Part shown: positions 17,120-26,499 of the stretch, piece by piece
Position numbering within the stretch: position 1 is the first letter of the stretch
Layout: each line of letters begins with the position of its first letter
DNA from: Candidatus Dojkabacteria bacterium
GTDB lineage: Bacteria > Patescibacteriota > Dojkabacteria > SC72
Assembly: GCA_012842045.1 (NCBI GenBank)
Contig: DUTP01000001.1
Location: 94,534 to 143,121 of the forward strand
Direction: 5' to 3'
Length of the DNA: 48,588 bases
Notes under the pieces: model-generated
Database searches by the model: none
Seen by the model: the letters and a program-made list of their open reading frames with translations, nothing else
What the model was told of the DNA's origin: nothing
Position numbers and translations under genes: made by a program

Positions 17120-19981
17120 TTACTTTTTGACTACCTTTTCTTCAAACTTCTTCTTTCTTCTCTCTTTAGTCTTCTGCTCATACATCTTTTTTCTTTGAAC
17201 TAGTTTACCATTGACCAAGAGATATGTTTTACTAATCCATCTCCACCCTAAACCTGTTAGTAGTAAAGCAGTACCCATTATTACAATATTCTTAGAATTA
17301 TTAAATAGGCCTGTTCTTGGTTGTACTGGAGGCTTCTCTGGAGGAATACACTGACAAGTTTGTTGATCACATTGACTCCATGGACAAGAAGCATCTTCTG
17401 GGTCTCCTGCCTCACAGGTTTCGCCTGGATCTAAGTTTCCATCTCCACATGTCATACATGTACAATATATCTCAAAGCCACGCTCTAAAGTTGTACCATC
17501 TCCCTTTGTAACAACTACATTATTCTTGTAAACACCAAAATTCTCTTTGTTTACCTTTAATTTGTAGGTAAATATCTGAACTCTGTCCTCAGGTGTGGCA
17601 TCTGGATCAGCTGTACCTTTGAGTACTAGAGGAGGATCAAATGTCCATGTTATTGTTCTTGTTGCCTCGTCATATACCCCACCATCTGGAGTAATATCAT
17701 AAGGGGCAGACATAGTAGCAGCGTTTTGGTCTAAAGTATCAACAACCTTTGCTATCTCGCCATCAGCCTCCCCATTGTTTTGTAATTTAATTTCATATTC
17801 AAGGATAGCATAAGGGTTGGCAGGGTCATCAACAACACACTTGGAAACACCTGTCTTCCTTAAGATTAAATCAGCAGGCATCAGTTCTATACAATCAGGT
17901 TCTACAGTTGCATCTGTTCTTATTATATTATCATCACCATCAGTCACCCATACTGTGTTTTTATAGATCACACCGCTCTTAAAATGTTCAGTAGGTATTA
18001 GTACTTGATATGTATAGGTTAGCTTTCCTCCAGCAGGTATTTCTTTTCCTTTTGGATAGGACCATACTATCTTCCCATTTTCAAACTGACCATCATTGGG
18101 TCCATCTGGTCCTTGAATGTTTTTTATCCATTCTCCATAGAGAATTTTAGTATCTAATACATCTTCGACTTTCTTAACTCTACCTGTGTCGACACCAGGT
18201 TTATTTTCAATTGTTATAGTGTATGAAAGCTCTACAGTAAGATGGTCAGTATTGTTATCTTTACATTCGGGGTCTCCCTTCTTCTCAACAGTAAGGCTTG
18301 CTGGTGCTATCCTATCACAACCAATATCAACCTTAGCTTCCGCTTCTTTGCTCTCTCCTACCATCGGAACAAGTATAGCTTTATTGATATACCTCTCTTT
18401 TTGATCTTTTGGAGGCACTTTGTCTGTAGGTATTTTAACTGTATAAGTAAAGGTTTTCGTTTCTCCTTCTCCTATATTAAAAGGCCCCTCCCATATTATC
18501 TTCCCATTACTATATTTCCCTGGACTTGAAATACCTGTTACTTCTACACCAGCATAGGAAACTACTTTCCCATCTAAAGTATCTACTATTCTCTTAAATT
18601 GACCTGCATTTTGTGTATTTTTAACAGATATTGTATACGCTATTTCTACTATTGGTGTTTGCGTACCATCACCTTCGCACTTAGGATCACCTTTTTTTGT
18701 TATATTCAATACTGGTGCAGGAGTATCACAATGACACGTTATATCAGCTTCTGCAGAGAGATCTGGACCATCATGTTGCGTGACTGTAACACTGTTATTA
18801 TATAGTATCTCAAACTTCTCTTTTGGTATTTTTACCTTATACGTAAATACTTTCTTCACTCCTGCTTCTACAGCCAATCCCTTACCACCATTTTCGGATT
18901 CAAAATTCCATGTAAGTGTTCCATTTGAATATGAACCATTACTTGGGCTGATATTTGTTGGGGCATTAGGGAATTGGGGATTTGCCTTATCAACAACTTT
19001 TTTGATATATCCCGTAGCACTACCATAGTTTTCAACAGTTACTGTATATGTCAAAGTTGCAGATTGGTTACCAGAATCACATTGTTGTGTTACTTCCTTG
19101 TTAACAGAAAGCAACGGGTTTTCAGGATCTTGCTGCCTTACAGCTATTATTAGAAAATAGTCATTGAAGTCATAGTCACCTATCCATTCTAACCAGTCAG
19201 CCCAACATTGTTTACTTACTATCGTATTTCTAGAATCGTCATTCTGAGCCCATGCTATTTCAGAAGCAACATCTGGTTTGGCATATCTACAACATCTTCC
19301 ATTCTGTGGAGGACCCCAAAAACCAGTACCACAAACATTACCCTGGGGTTCAACCCAACCCAGCGATTGATATTTATTATCATTCCCAGGAGGACAGACT
19401 CTATTACCTGGTTTTTTAGCCCATTCTTGAAAACCATTACTCACAAAGGAAGATATATAGAAAGTCTCCCCTCCCCCTACAGATATACCTGTTTCTCTTT
19501 TCTGTCTACCTTGAGAATCTAAGTTATTCATCAGGAAATCTTTCCCTCCAAGCCCAAACGAAGCATGCATTATCCCATCCAAAGAAGCGTAATACAAAAC
19601 TAGTTCCCCTTTGACACCTGTAGGAATTGTAAATACAGATTCTTTCGAATATGTTGAATTACTTTGAGACTTATGTGCAGCCTGCTGTCCAACCGGATTC
19701 CGATAAAACGGTTTCTGATTCCAACTGTCTAACTGTGCCTTAACTTCCTCCCATGTACCACAACTAGGATCTTCTGGATAACAATTCTCACGACATTCTC
19801 CTGTTTGATCTCCACTTATAGTTTGACCTCCATCACCACCAGCCTCACTCTCTACAGGAGCAACCGTTTCTTGTTGATTAACTCTCCATAACAGATAACC
19901 ACCAGCACCACCTATTATTAAAAATAATAATGATAGTATAACTATTGTCTTTTTACTTGCTCCTACCCTAACATTTTTCAT
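17120..19981 (-). CDS. Large surface protein with four DUF11/CnaB-like Ig repeats, a Cys-rich knot and a PxTG-TM anchor
   Basis: N-terminal TM. Repeats start LSVNK/LNITK/LTVEK/LILRK and end YNNSV/YINKA/YKNTV/YKNNV. C-terminal QPRTG, TM, basic tail. Confidence 0.75.
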   Translation of the reverse strand: MKNVRVGASKKTIVILSLLFLIIGGAGGYLLWRVNQQETVAPVESEAGGDGGQTISGDQTGECRENCYPEDPSCGTWEEVKAQLDSWNQKPFYRNPVGQQAAHKSQSNSTYSKESVFTIPTGVKGELVLYYASLDGIMHASFGLGGKDFLMNNLDSQGRQKRETGISVGGGETFYISSFVSNGFQEWAKKPGNRVCPPGNDNKYQSLGWVEPQGNVCGTGFWGPPQNGRCCRYAKPDVASEIAWAQNDDSRNTIVSKQCWADWLEWIGDYDFNDYFLIIAVRQQDPENPLLSVNKEVTQQCDSGNQSATLTYTVTVENYGSATGYIKKVVDKANPQFPNAPTNISPSNGSYSNGTLTWNFESENGGKGLAVEAGVKKVFTYKVKIPKEKFEILYNNSVTVTQHDGPDLSAEADITCHCDTPAPVLNITKKGDPKCEGDGTQTPIVEIAYTISVKNTQNAGQFKRIVDTLDGKVVSYAGVEVTGISSPGKYSNGKIIWEGPFNIGEGETKTFTYTVKIPTDKVPPKDQKERYINKAILVPMVGESKEAEAKVDIGCDRIAPASLTVEKKGDPECKDNNTDHLTVELSYTITIENKPGVDTGRVKKVEDVLDTKILYGEWIKNIQGPDGPNDGQFENGKIVWSYPKGKEIPAGGKLTYTYQVLIPTEHFKSGVIYKNTVWVTDGDDNIIRTDATVEPDCIELMPADLILRKTGVSKCVVDDPANPYAILEYEIKLQNNGEADGEIAKVVDTLDQNAATMSAPYDITPDGGVYDEATRTITWTFDPPLVLKGTADPDATPEDRVQIFTYKLKVNKENFGVYKNNVVVTKGDGTTLERGFEIYCTCMTCGDGNLDPGETCEAGDPEDASCPWSQCDQQTCQCIPPEKPPVQPRTGLFNNSKNIVIMGTALLLTGLGWRWISKTYLLVNGKLVQRKKMYEQKTKERRKKKFEEKVVKK

Positions 19982-19990
19982 ATTAGTATA

Positions 19991-21601
19991 TTATCTCTCC
20001 TTTTTCTTAAGACTTATCTTAGATGGTAGATATGGTAACAACATACCTAAACTCAATACCAATGTACCAACAACTATGATGTACAAAGAACCCTCTGGTG
20101 ATGCAGCTGCACCTGGCAAACCACTATCATCCCCTGTTCCTGCACCATCCTTACCTCCTGTCGATGGAGGTGTCGTACCATCTCCTGCTCCTGGTGGTGT
20201 TGTACCATCCCCCGGTGGCGTAGTATCATCGTCTGGTGGAGTTGTTATACCTTCACCAACTTTCTCATAATGAGCTGTTAATGATATATTCCTCCTAACA
20301 TCTATATCTTGTCTAGGATTTGTAGTAGCTAAAGAACTAGTATCTTTTTCCCTTGTATTATTATCTATCCAATATGCAAACTTAAAATCTTCATTTGGAA
20401 TAGCTTCTACCCTAGGTCCCCTCTGACCTTCTTTAACTTCAACTACAATAGTATTACTGGTGGGAATTCCCCCATCCTGACTTAACTTACCATTTCCCTC
20501 CGTAGAATATCTCAATGTGTACATTGTTGTAGGATCTGGATCAGGATCTGGGTCTGGATCTGGGTCTGGGTCAACAACTGTAGAACCTTTATAAAAAGCT
20601 GTAAAATCTTTGGCTCCTACTCTTACACACTTATCAGCTCTTGGATTATTCGTACTTACAGTACCACTCCCTCCCTCTTTCCAATGGAGAAAATCATATC
20701 CATCATCACCAACTGCTGTAATAGAAGGACCCATATTTCCTCTCTTAACACTGACAACTATCTTCTTTTTCAGAGAATCTCCTCCTTTTTTAATCCACCC
20801 ATTATCACTTGCAGTATATGTAAACACACACTCCTCTGGCTCTTCTCCATCCCGTATTTCATACTCAGCAACAAAAGTTCTTGTTGTTCCTGATCCCTCT
20901 GCCCTATCTGCTCTCTTTGCTTCTTTTTTACCATCAGACCAAATTTTAAACTTACAAACAGCAGAATCTGTAGCCTCAACTGCCATGTAAGGAAGACCTA
21001 TTTCATCTGTCTGGTTTAGGCAATAAGTAGGATCATTGAAAGGCCTGTTTTCCCCTGGATCCTGACACTTTAAATTCTCTTCACACTGAACAGGATTCGC
21101 CTTGTAAATCACTCTTGCAGAACCATCAGGAACCTTATCTTCAACAAATATAGCCTCTAATTTAGTATCTCCTTTCAGATGTGATGCCTTCACTTGTATC
21201 GGATTCTCTGTAAATTCCTCACCATGATTAGACTTCCAATGTACAAATTTATACCCATCTCCAGCTTTTGCTTCCATCCAAACACCTAACTGACAGGTAT
21301 CTGTAAACCTCATTCTATACACTGACCCAACAAGCTCTGCCTTTACAAAATCATCCTTACCCAAGCTAGGGTCTCTATAACTAACAAAAACATACCCACC
21401 TTTCCCTTCTTCTTCTTTTGCAGGATAAAAATCAACTACAAAATTTATAGGGTTACAATCCGTAGCATCACTATCTGTCGGACCCACAGACCTTTCTTGG
21501 TTAATCCTCCAAAGTAAATAACCACCAGCTCCCCCGAACAGGATAAGTAGAACAGCAAATATCGCTATAATCTTCTTCGAAGCAAATTTTATATTAGCCA
21601 T
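19991..21601 (-). CDS. Surface protein with InlB B-repeat-like domains and a C-terminal TM
   Basis: Repeated A...GY.F..W motifs, (DP)6 and TTPP linkers, LPGAAA plus TM, N-terminal motif shared with both neighbours. Confidence 0.7.
   Translation of the reverse strand: MANIKFASKKIIAIFAVLLILFGGAGGYLLWRINQERSVGPTDSDATDCNPINFVVDFYPAKEEEGKGGYVFVSYRDPSLGKDDFVKAELVGSVYRMRFTDTCQLGVWMEAKAGDGYKFVHWKSNHGEEFTENPIQVKASHLKGDTKLEAIFVEDKVPDGSARVIYKANPVQCEENLKCQDPGENRPFNDPTYCLNQTDEIGLPYMAVEATDSAVCKFKIWSDGKKEAKRADRAEGSGTTRTFVAEYEIRDGEEPEECVFTYTASDNGWIKKGGDSLKKKIVVSVKRGNMGPSITAVGDDGYDFLHWKEGGSGTVSTNNPRADKCVRVGAKDFTAFYKGSTVVDPDPDPDPDPDPDPTTMYTLRYSTEGNGKLSQDGGIPTSNTIVVEVKEGQRGPRVEAIPNEDFKFAYWIDNNTREKDTSSLATTNPRQDIDVRRNISLTAHYEKVGEGITTPPDDDTTPPGDGTTPPGAGDGTTPPSTGGKDGAGTGDDSGLPGAAASPEGSLYIIVVGTLVLSLGMLLPYLPSKISLKKKER
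20532..20572. repeat. 6-bp tandem repeat encoding (Asp-Pro)n linker
   Basis: ggatct/gggtct units. Confidence 0.9.
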
Positions 21602-21624
21602 TTTAAACGTATTGAACAGTTTAA

Positions 21625-23964
21625 CTACTTCACTCTTTTCTCTAACCTTCTTCTCCTACTCTCTCTTTCTCTGACTATGCTTTTCTTCTTAGCTGTAGTC
21701 CGAGATGTAGATATAGATGAAGAAATCCTAGATACTATATTTGACATTGTAGCATAAACCTTACCAGGAAGTGTAGCTATCCATGTCCACCCCATACCTA
21801 ACACCAAGAGTGCTACCCCCATTATTACAATATTCTCTGTTTCATCAAAGAGACCTGTTGATGGAACAGAGCCATCTGATTCTTCACCTTCGGAATCTTT
21901 ACAGTCTTCCGGACAATTTTCATCATCCTCTTCATCTGTACAATACCCATCTCCACATTCCTGAGGGCAATCCTCTGGACAGTTTTCCCTATTTTCATCA
22001 TCGGTACAAACATCATCACCACAGTTTGGAGGACAGTCTTCTGGACATGTCTCTGGACTCTCATCGTGAGTACACAGATTATCACCACAGATTGCCGCAC
22101 AATCTTCTGGGCATCGTCTAGCATTTTCATTATGTGTACAGAGCTCATCACCACATTCTGGAGGACAATCTTTACCACAGGTCTCCGCATTTTCATCAGG
22201 AGAACAATATCCATCACCACATGCAGCATCACAGTCCTCTGGACAGATTCTTGAATCTTCCCAACTATCACAGGTCTCATCACCACAAGCATTGACAAAC
22301 AGAGCTGTAATTACAGTACTACCTTTGACTTCACTATCTGTTCTTGAGGCTTCAATTCCATCTGGTGTTACTGAAGTATTTGGCGTAACATTAGCAGGTT
22401 TGTCTACCTCCCATTTATCAAACTTGAAAAACTCTTGTTTCTCTAAATCAGAAACACCTCTAACAACAACTCTTCTACCTGTCCCACCCTTTGCAACCTC
22501 TTGCTCTTGATCTGCATTACCACTCCCTTTGAAAACTCCATTAGGACCAACTTTGTACGTAAGAGTATATTTCACAATTTCCTCATCTTCTTTTCGAAAA
22601 TGTGCAAAATATGTTTGTGCTGATTTAACATTAGTAACTGTTAGACTTGAACTATTCCCAACATTAACACCACTTCTTTCCCAATAATCAAACACATACC
22701 CTGTCTTAGCTATTGCTGTTACTGTCTTTGCATTATGTCCAGCCCTTACATCCTGCTCTATACGTTCCTTCTCCTCCCCACCATCTAGTTTAATATTTCC
22801 ACCAGTTGCATTTTCAGCCCCACTAGTTTTAATCTTGTATGTTATTTTATATATTTTATCTTTCTCTTTAAACTCAGCTCTGTATGCGTATGTACCTGCA
22901 CCTGTGACATTTTTAATAACAATACTATTTCCACTTATCTCTGGAGTACCACCTCCAGAACCACGCCATCCAGTAAATTCGTATTGAGATTGATCTTTAG
23001 TGTTTGCTGTTACCCTTTTTGTACTGAGATTCTTGTTTGGTTCAACCTCTTGAGTAAGTGGTCCTGGAGAATCTGCAGGTCCCCCTTCTTGAGTGAGGGT
23101 ACCCTTACTATCTACTGTAAATTTAAAGGTAGCTTTGGGCACTTTTTTATATTTATATATCGCACGAATTCTTTTAATCCTCTCACCTGGGAAAGGATCA
23201 TAGAAACCACGATTATCAGACCCAAAAACTCCAGGTGTGTCTGTTCTTGTTCGTTCTGTTGTTCCATCACTCCATTTGATAAATTCGTAATTAATACCAT
23301 CATGTGCAGTTACAGATTTTCCCGGCTGTTCCCAAGGTATGTCTCTTTGTTCGGTCTCACCTTCTATATACCCCCCACCGTTTTCTCTTGCACCATTACC
23401 ATCAGTGGTATAACTTAATCCGTACTTCGCATTTCGCATCACACCGATATGTGCACAGGCATTACCCCCACATGTAGTTTGAGGATCAAAACAAAACTGA
23501 CCGCAAAGATAACCGTACTTGCTCCAAAACTTTGATCCTCCATCACCACAATTACAACATCTCCAAGCATAACGGCATGTGGAATTCCCCCATCTAAATA
23601 TCCCCCCAACACCTCTATCAGTTCTCCCGAAATCATCTTCTTCACACCACATCCCTTCTTTTCCCCGGCATTTGTAACTCGTGCTCCGACAACATTGATG
23701 ATAGTCATTTATACGATAATTTGCTTCACAGGACTGGCAATAAGATTGTGTAGGATAATCACAATAATCAGCCCTTTTATGGGGAGGTTGTGAATAACAA
23801 CAATAACACTCTTCATGCCCCGCCTCACTCTCAGTAGGAGCAACAGTCTCCTCTTGATTAACTCTCCATAATAGATAACCACCAGTACCACCTAATATAA
23901 CAAAAAATAATACTAGAAGTATAATAAGATTCTTTCTACTAACCCTAACACTAATTCTACCCAT
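21625..23964 (-). CDS. Surface protein: Cys-rich N-domain, InlB B-repeat-like domains, Cys-rich CGD repeats, PxTG-TM anchor
   Basis: GYVFDYW/FIKWSDG motifs, six CGD..C...E....CP.DC units, VPSTG plus TM and basic tail. Confidence 0.72.
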   Translation of the reverse strand: MGRISVRVSRKNLIILLVLFFVILGGTGGYLLWRVNQEETVAPTESEAGHEECYCCYSQPPHKRADYCDYPTQSYCQSCEANYRINDYHQCCRSTSYKCRGKEGMWCEEDDFGRTDRGVGGIFRWGNSTCRYAWRCCNCGDGGSKFWSKYGYLCGQFCFDPQTTCGGNACAHIGVMRNAKYGLSYTTDGNGARENGGGYIEGETEQRDIPWEQPGKSVTAHDGINYEFIKWSDGTTERTRTDTPGVFGSDNRGFYDPFPGERIKRIRAIYKYKKVPKATFKFTVDSKGTLTQEGGPADSPGPLTQEVEPNKNLSTKRVTANTKDQSQYEFTGWRGSGGGTPEISGNSIVIKNVTGAGTYAYRAEFKEKDKIYKITYKIKTSGAENATGGNIKLDGGEEKERIEQDVRAGHNAKTVTAIAKTGYVFDYWERSGVNVGNSSSLTVTNVKSAQTYFAHFRKEDEEIVKYTLTYKVGPNGVFKGSGNADQEQEVAKGGTGRRVVVRGVSDLEKQEFFKFDKWEVDKPANVTPNTSVTPDGIEASRTDSEVKGSTVITALFVNACGDETCDSWEDSRICPEDCDAACGDGYCSPDENAETCGKDCPPECGDELCTHNENARRCPEDCAAICGDNLCTHDESPETCPEDCPPNCGDDVCTDDENRENCPEDCPQECGDGYCTDEEDDENCPEDCKDSEGEESDGSVPSTGLFDETENIVIMGVALLVLGMGWTWIATLPGKVYATMSNIVSRISSSISTSRTTAKKKSIVRERESRRRRLEKRVK
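21901..22288 (-). repeat. Six Cys-rich, Asp/Glu-rich tandem peptide repeats
   Basis: CGDxxCxxxExxxxCPxDC units of about 21-22 aa. Confidence 0.85.
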
Positions 23965-23980
23965 CTTTTAACAAACAATA

Positions 23981-25126
23981 TCAACTAAATATATTCTTAA
24001 TAATATCTATATTAATAATATCTTTTATTATTATAAATAGTATCAAAATTATCAAGAATATAAAAGAGATATTGATGATTCTACTCTCTACTTTCTCATC
24101 TAACTCTTTACCAACTATCCATTCTATAAGTAATATCATTATCCTACCACCATCCAATGCAGGAATCGGTAATATATTAATCAAAGCTAAAGACATAGAA
24201 AGATCAGCAACCATACCCAAGAAAGGCACAACACCAAACTTTTTAAAGTAATCTATTACAAAATATATACCAACTGGACCAGAAACAGAGTTAGATAACT
24301 CACTGTAATCACCTGTCTTTCTAGCTTGAGAGAACATATCCCTCATCTTACTGAATATTAGTTTAAAATTGTTTAAAACATGTGCAAATCCAGAAAAAAC
24401 CTTATTATCTTTATATGAAAGAGACATGTAATAGTTAGCAGGAAGTAAAATTCCTATCTTACCTTCCTCTGAAGTAGTAACTGTATACTCAGTACAAAGA
24501 TCCTCCTGACAAACATTTAAGATGACATCCTCATTCTTTTTACTAGCCAACATCTTAGACACATCATCAGAGTATTCAACCTTCTTACCATTTATACTTC
24601 GAAGAATACCACTCTCTGGCATTCCAGCTTTCCTAGCCTGTCCATCTTCTATTAACTCTGAATATTCAACATCACCCTCCTTAATTCTACTAACTGTAGC
24701 TCCGATTGGTTTAAAGTCAGCAAACTCATTATTTAAAACCAACTCCCAATCATTAGAGAAAAGAACTATGTAGAAGATAACAATGCCTAAAAATATATTC
24801 ATTGTTACACCTGCAGCCATCACTATTATCTGTTGCCATTTTGGTTTCTTACTTAAATCCCTCTTTGCATCCCCCTTCTTTATTTTTTCTTCTCCTGGGT
24901 CTCCATCTCCTAAGATTTTTACATAACCTCCTAGTGGTAGTAATCTAATACTGTATTCAGTCTCACCTATTTTCTTAGATATTAGTTTTGGACCAAATCC
25001 TATTGCAAATTCAAAGACTTTTGCACCTACAGCCTTTGCCGCTAAGAAGTGTCCTAATTCATGTACAAATGTAAGGATAGATACTACTAAAATGAAGAGA
25101 AGTATGTTTATGATAAAAGATGGCAT
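23981..25126 (-). CDS. rseP: RseP-like M50 intramembrane zinc protease with PDZ domain
   Basis: HELGH, GGYVKI, NILPIPALDGGR. Confidence 0.92.
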   Translation of the reverse strand: MPSFIINILLFILVVSILTFVHELGHFLAAKAVGAKVFEFAIGFGPKLISKKIGETEYSIRLLPLGGYVKILGDGDPGEEKIKKGDAKRDLSKKPKWQQIIVMAAGVTMNIFLGIVIFYIVLFSNDWELVLNNEFADFKPIGATVSRIKEGDVEYSELIEDGQARKAGMPESGILRSINGKKVEYSDDVSKMLASKKNEDVILNVCQEDLCTEYTVTTSEEGKIGILLPANYYMSLSYKDNKVFSGFAHVLNNFKLIFSKMRDMFSQARKTGDYSELSNSVSGPVGIYFVIDYFKKFGVVPFLGMVADLSMSLALINILPIPALDGGRIMILLIEWIVGKELDEKVESRIINISFIFLIILILFIIIKDIINIDIIKNIFS

Positions 25127-25143
25127 ATTGCAGTTTCAAAAAA

Positions 25144-25689
25144 TTATATTGTTAGTAATTCTTTCTCTTTATCTATTCTGATTGTTTCGATATCTGCATT
25201 AGCATCTTTAACTACTTTTTCTGCTTCTTCCCTTATCCTATCTGCTTCATCTTCTGATAATCCAGATTTCTGTTGTTCATCAATCCCTTGCATAAATTTC
25301 TGTCTTACCTGTCTTACTGCAACTCTTCCATCTTCTATTCTCTCTTTCATAATCTTTACATACTCTTGTCTTCTCTCTTCGGTAAGATCTGGAAGTTTTA
25401 CAATAACTCTATCTCCCTCAATGATAGGTAGAAACCCTAAGTTTGCAGAAGAAATTCCCCTTGAAATGTTCTCTAGTATTGTTTTATCCCAAGGTTGAAT
25501 AGAGAGGCTTTTAGCATCCATAGCACTAATGCTTGCTAAATTCTTTATTGGAGACTGAGTCTCATATGCATTTACTAAGATTTCCTCTACGAGTTCAGGT
25601 GTAGCTCTACCTGTTCTTATCTGTGAGAGATCTTCTTTTACATGGTCTATACATTTTGATATATCCGTTTTAAAAGTATTAATATCCAT
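25144..25689 (-). CDS. frr: Ribosome recycling factor
   Basis: IRTGRATP, IQPWD, LTEERRQE. Confidence 0.97.
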   Translation of the reverse strand: MDINTFKTDISKCIDHVKEDLSQIRTGRATPELVEEILVNAYETQSPIKNLASISAMDAKSLSIQPWDKTILENISRGISSANLGFLPIIEGDRVIVKLPDLTEERRQEYVKIMKERIEDGRVAVRQVRQKFMQGIDEQQKSGLSEDEADRIREEAEKVVKDANADIETIRIDKEKELLTI

Positions 25690-25760
25690 ACCAATATCCC
25701 AACTATATTAATATGGCTATTGTATCTCAAGTTGTAAGAGATGTCTATATTGAAGTTAAA

Positions 25761-26477
25761 CTACTTCCCTAACTCCCAAAGAAGAATTCTTTTAATTGTT
25801 AGAGGTTCCCCTATCTTCTGAGTAGCCTCATCTAAAAGGTCTTTAATTGTCTTACTCTCATCTTTAAACCATTTCTGTTCTAAAAGACATTTCTCAGAAA
25901 GATACTTCTTCATTTTTCCTTCAACTATCTTCTCAACCATTTCCTTTGGTTTCTTCTCTGCTTCTACTTCTTTTCTAAATGATTCTTCTAACTCCTTAAG
26001 AACTTTTTCATCTATAGATTCTTTTGAAACAAACTGTGGCTTCATTGCTGCAACTTGAAGAGCAATCTCATGTACAAAATCTCTAAAGTCGTCATTCTTA
26101 GAAACAAAGTCAGTCTTACATGTAACCTCTGCTAAAGCCACAAGTTTTCTATCAGCACCATGTACATATGCATCAATTACTCCTTCTACTTTTCCATCCA
26201 CGTCACCTTCTATTGGGTTGTCCCATCCTTTCTCCTTAATTATCTCAACAGCCTTCTCAAAATCTTTTTCTGCCTCTTCATATGCTAGCTTGCAATGACC
26301 AATTTTAGCACCTGTAAGGTTTTTTAATCGTCCAATGACATCACTTCTCTTGTTAATATATTCTATTGCTTTCTTCATATCTCCATCAGATTTAACCAAT
26401 GCTTCTTTACAAAGAGCCATACCTGCTGATGTTTTCTCTCTTAAATCTTTAATATCATTTATTGTTACTTTTGCCAT
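25761..26477 (-). CDS. tsf: Elongation factor Ts (short form, duplicated N-terminal domain)
   Basis: LREKTSAGMALCKEAL, CKTDFV, CLLEQ; between rpsB and frr. Confidence 0.95.
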   Translation of the reverse strand: MAKVTINDIKDLREKTSAGMALCKEALVKSDGDMKKAIEYINKRSDVIGRLKNLTGAKIGHCKLAYEEAEKDFEKAVEIIKEKGWDNPIEGDVDGKVEGVIDAYVHGADRKLVALAEVTCKTDFVSKNDDFRDFVHEIALQVAAMKPQFVSKESIDEKVLKELEESFRKEVEAEKKPKEMVEKIVEGKMKKYLSEKCLLEQKWFKDESKTIKDLLDEATQKIGEPLTIKRILLWELGK

Positions 26478-26499
26478 AAGTTCTTTTAAAACAAATTAT

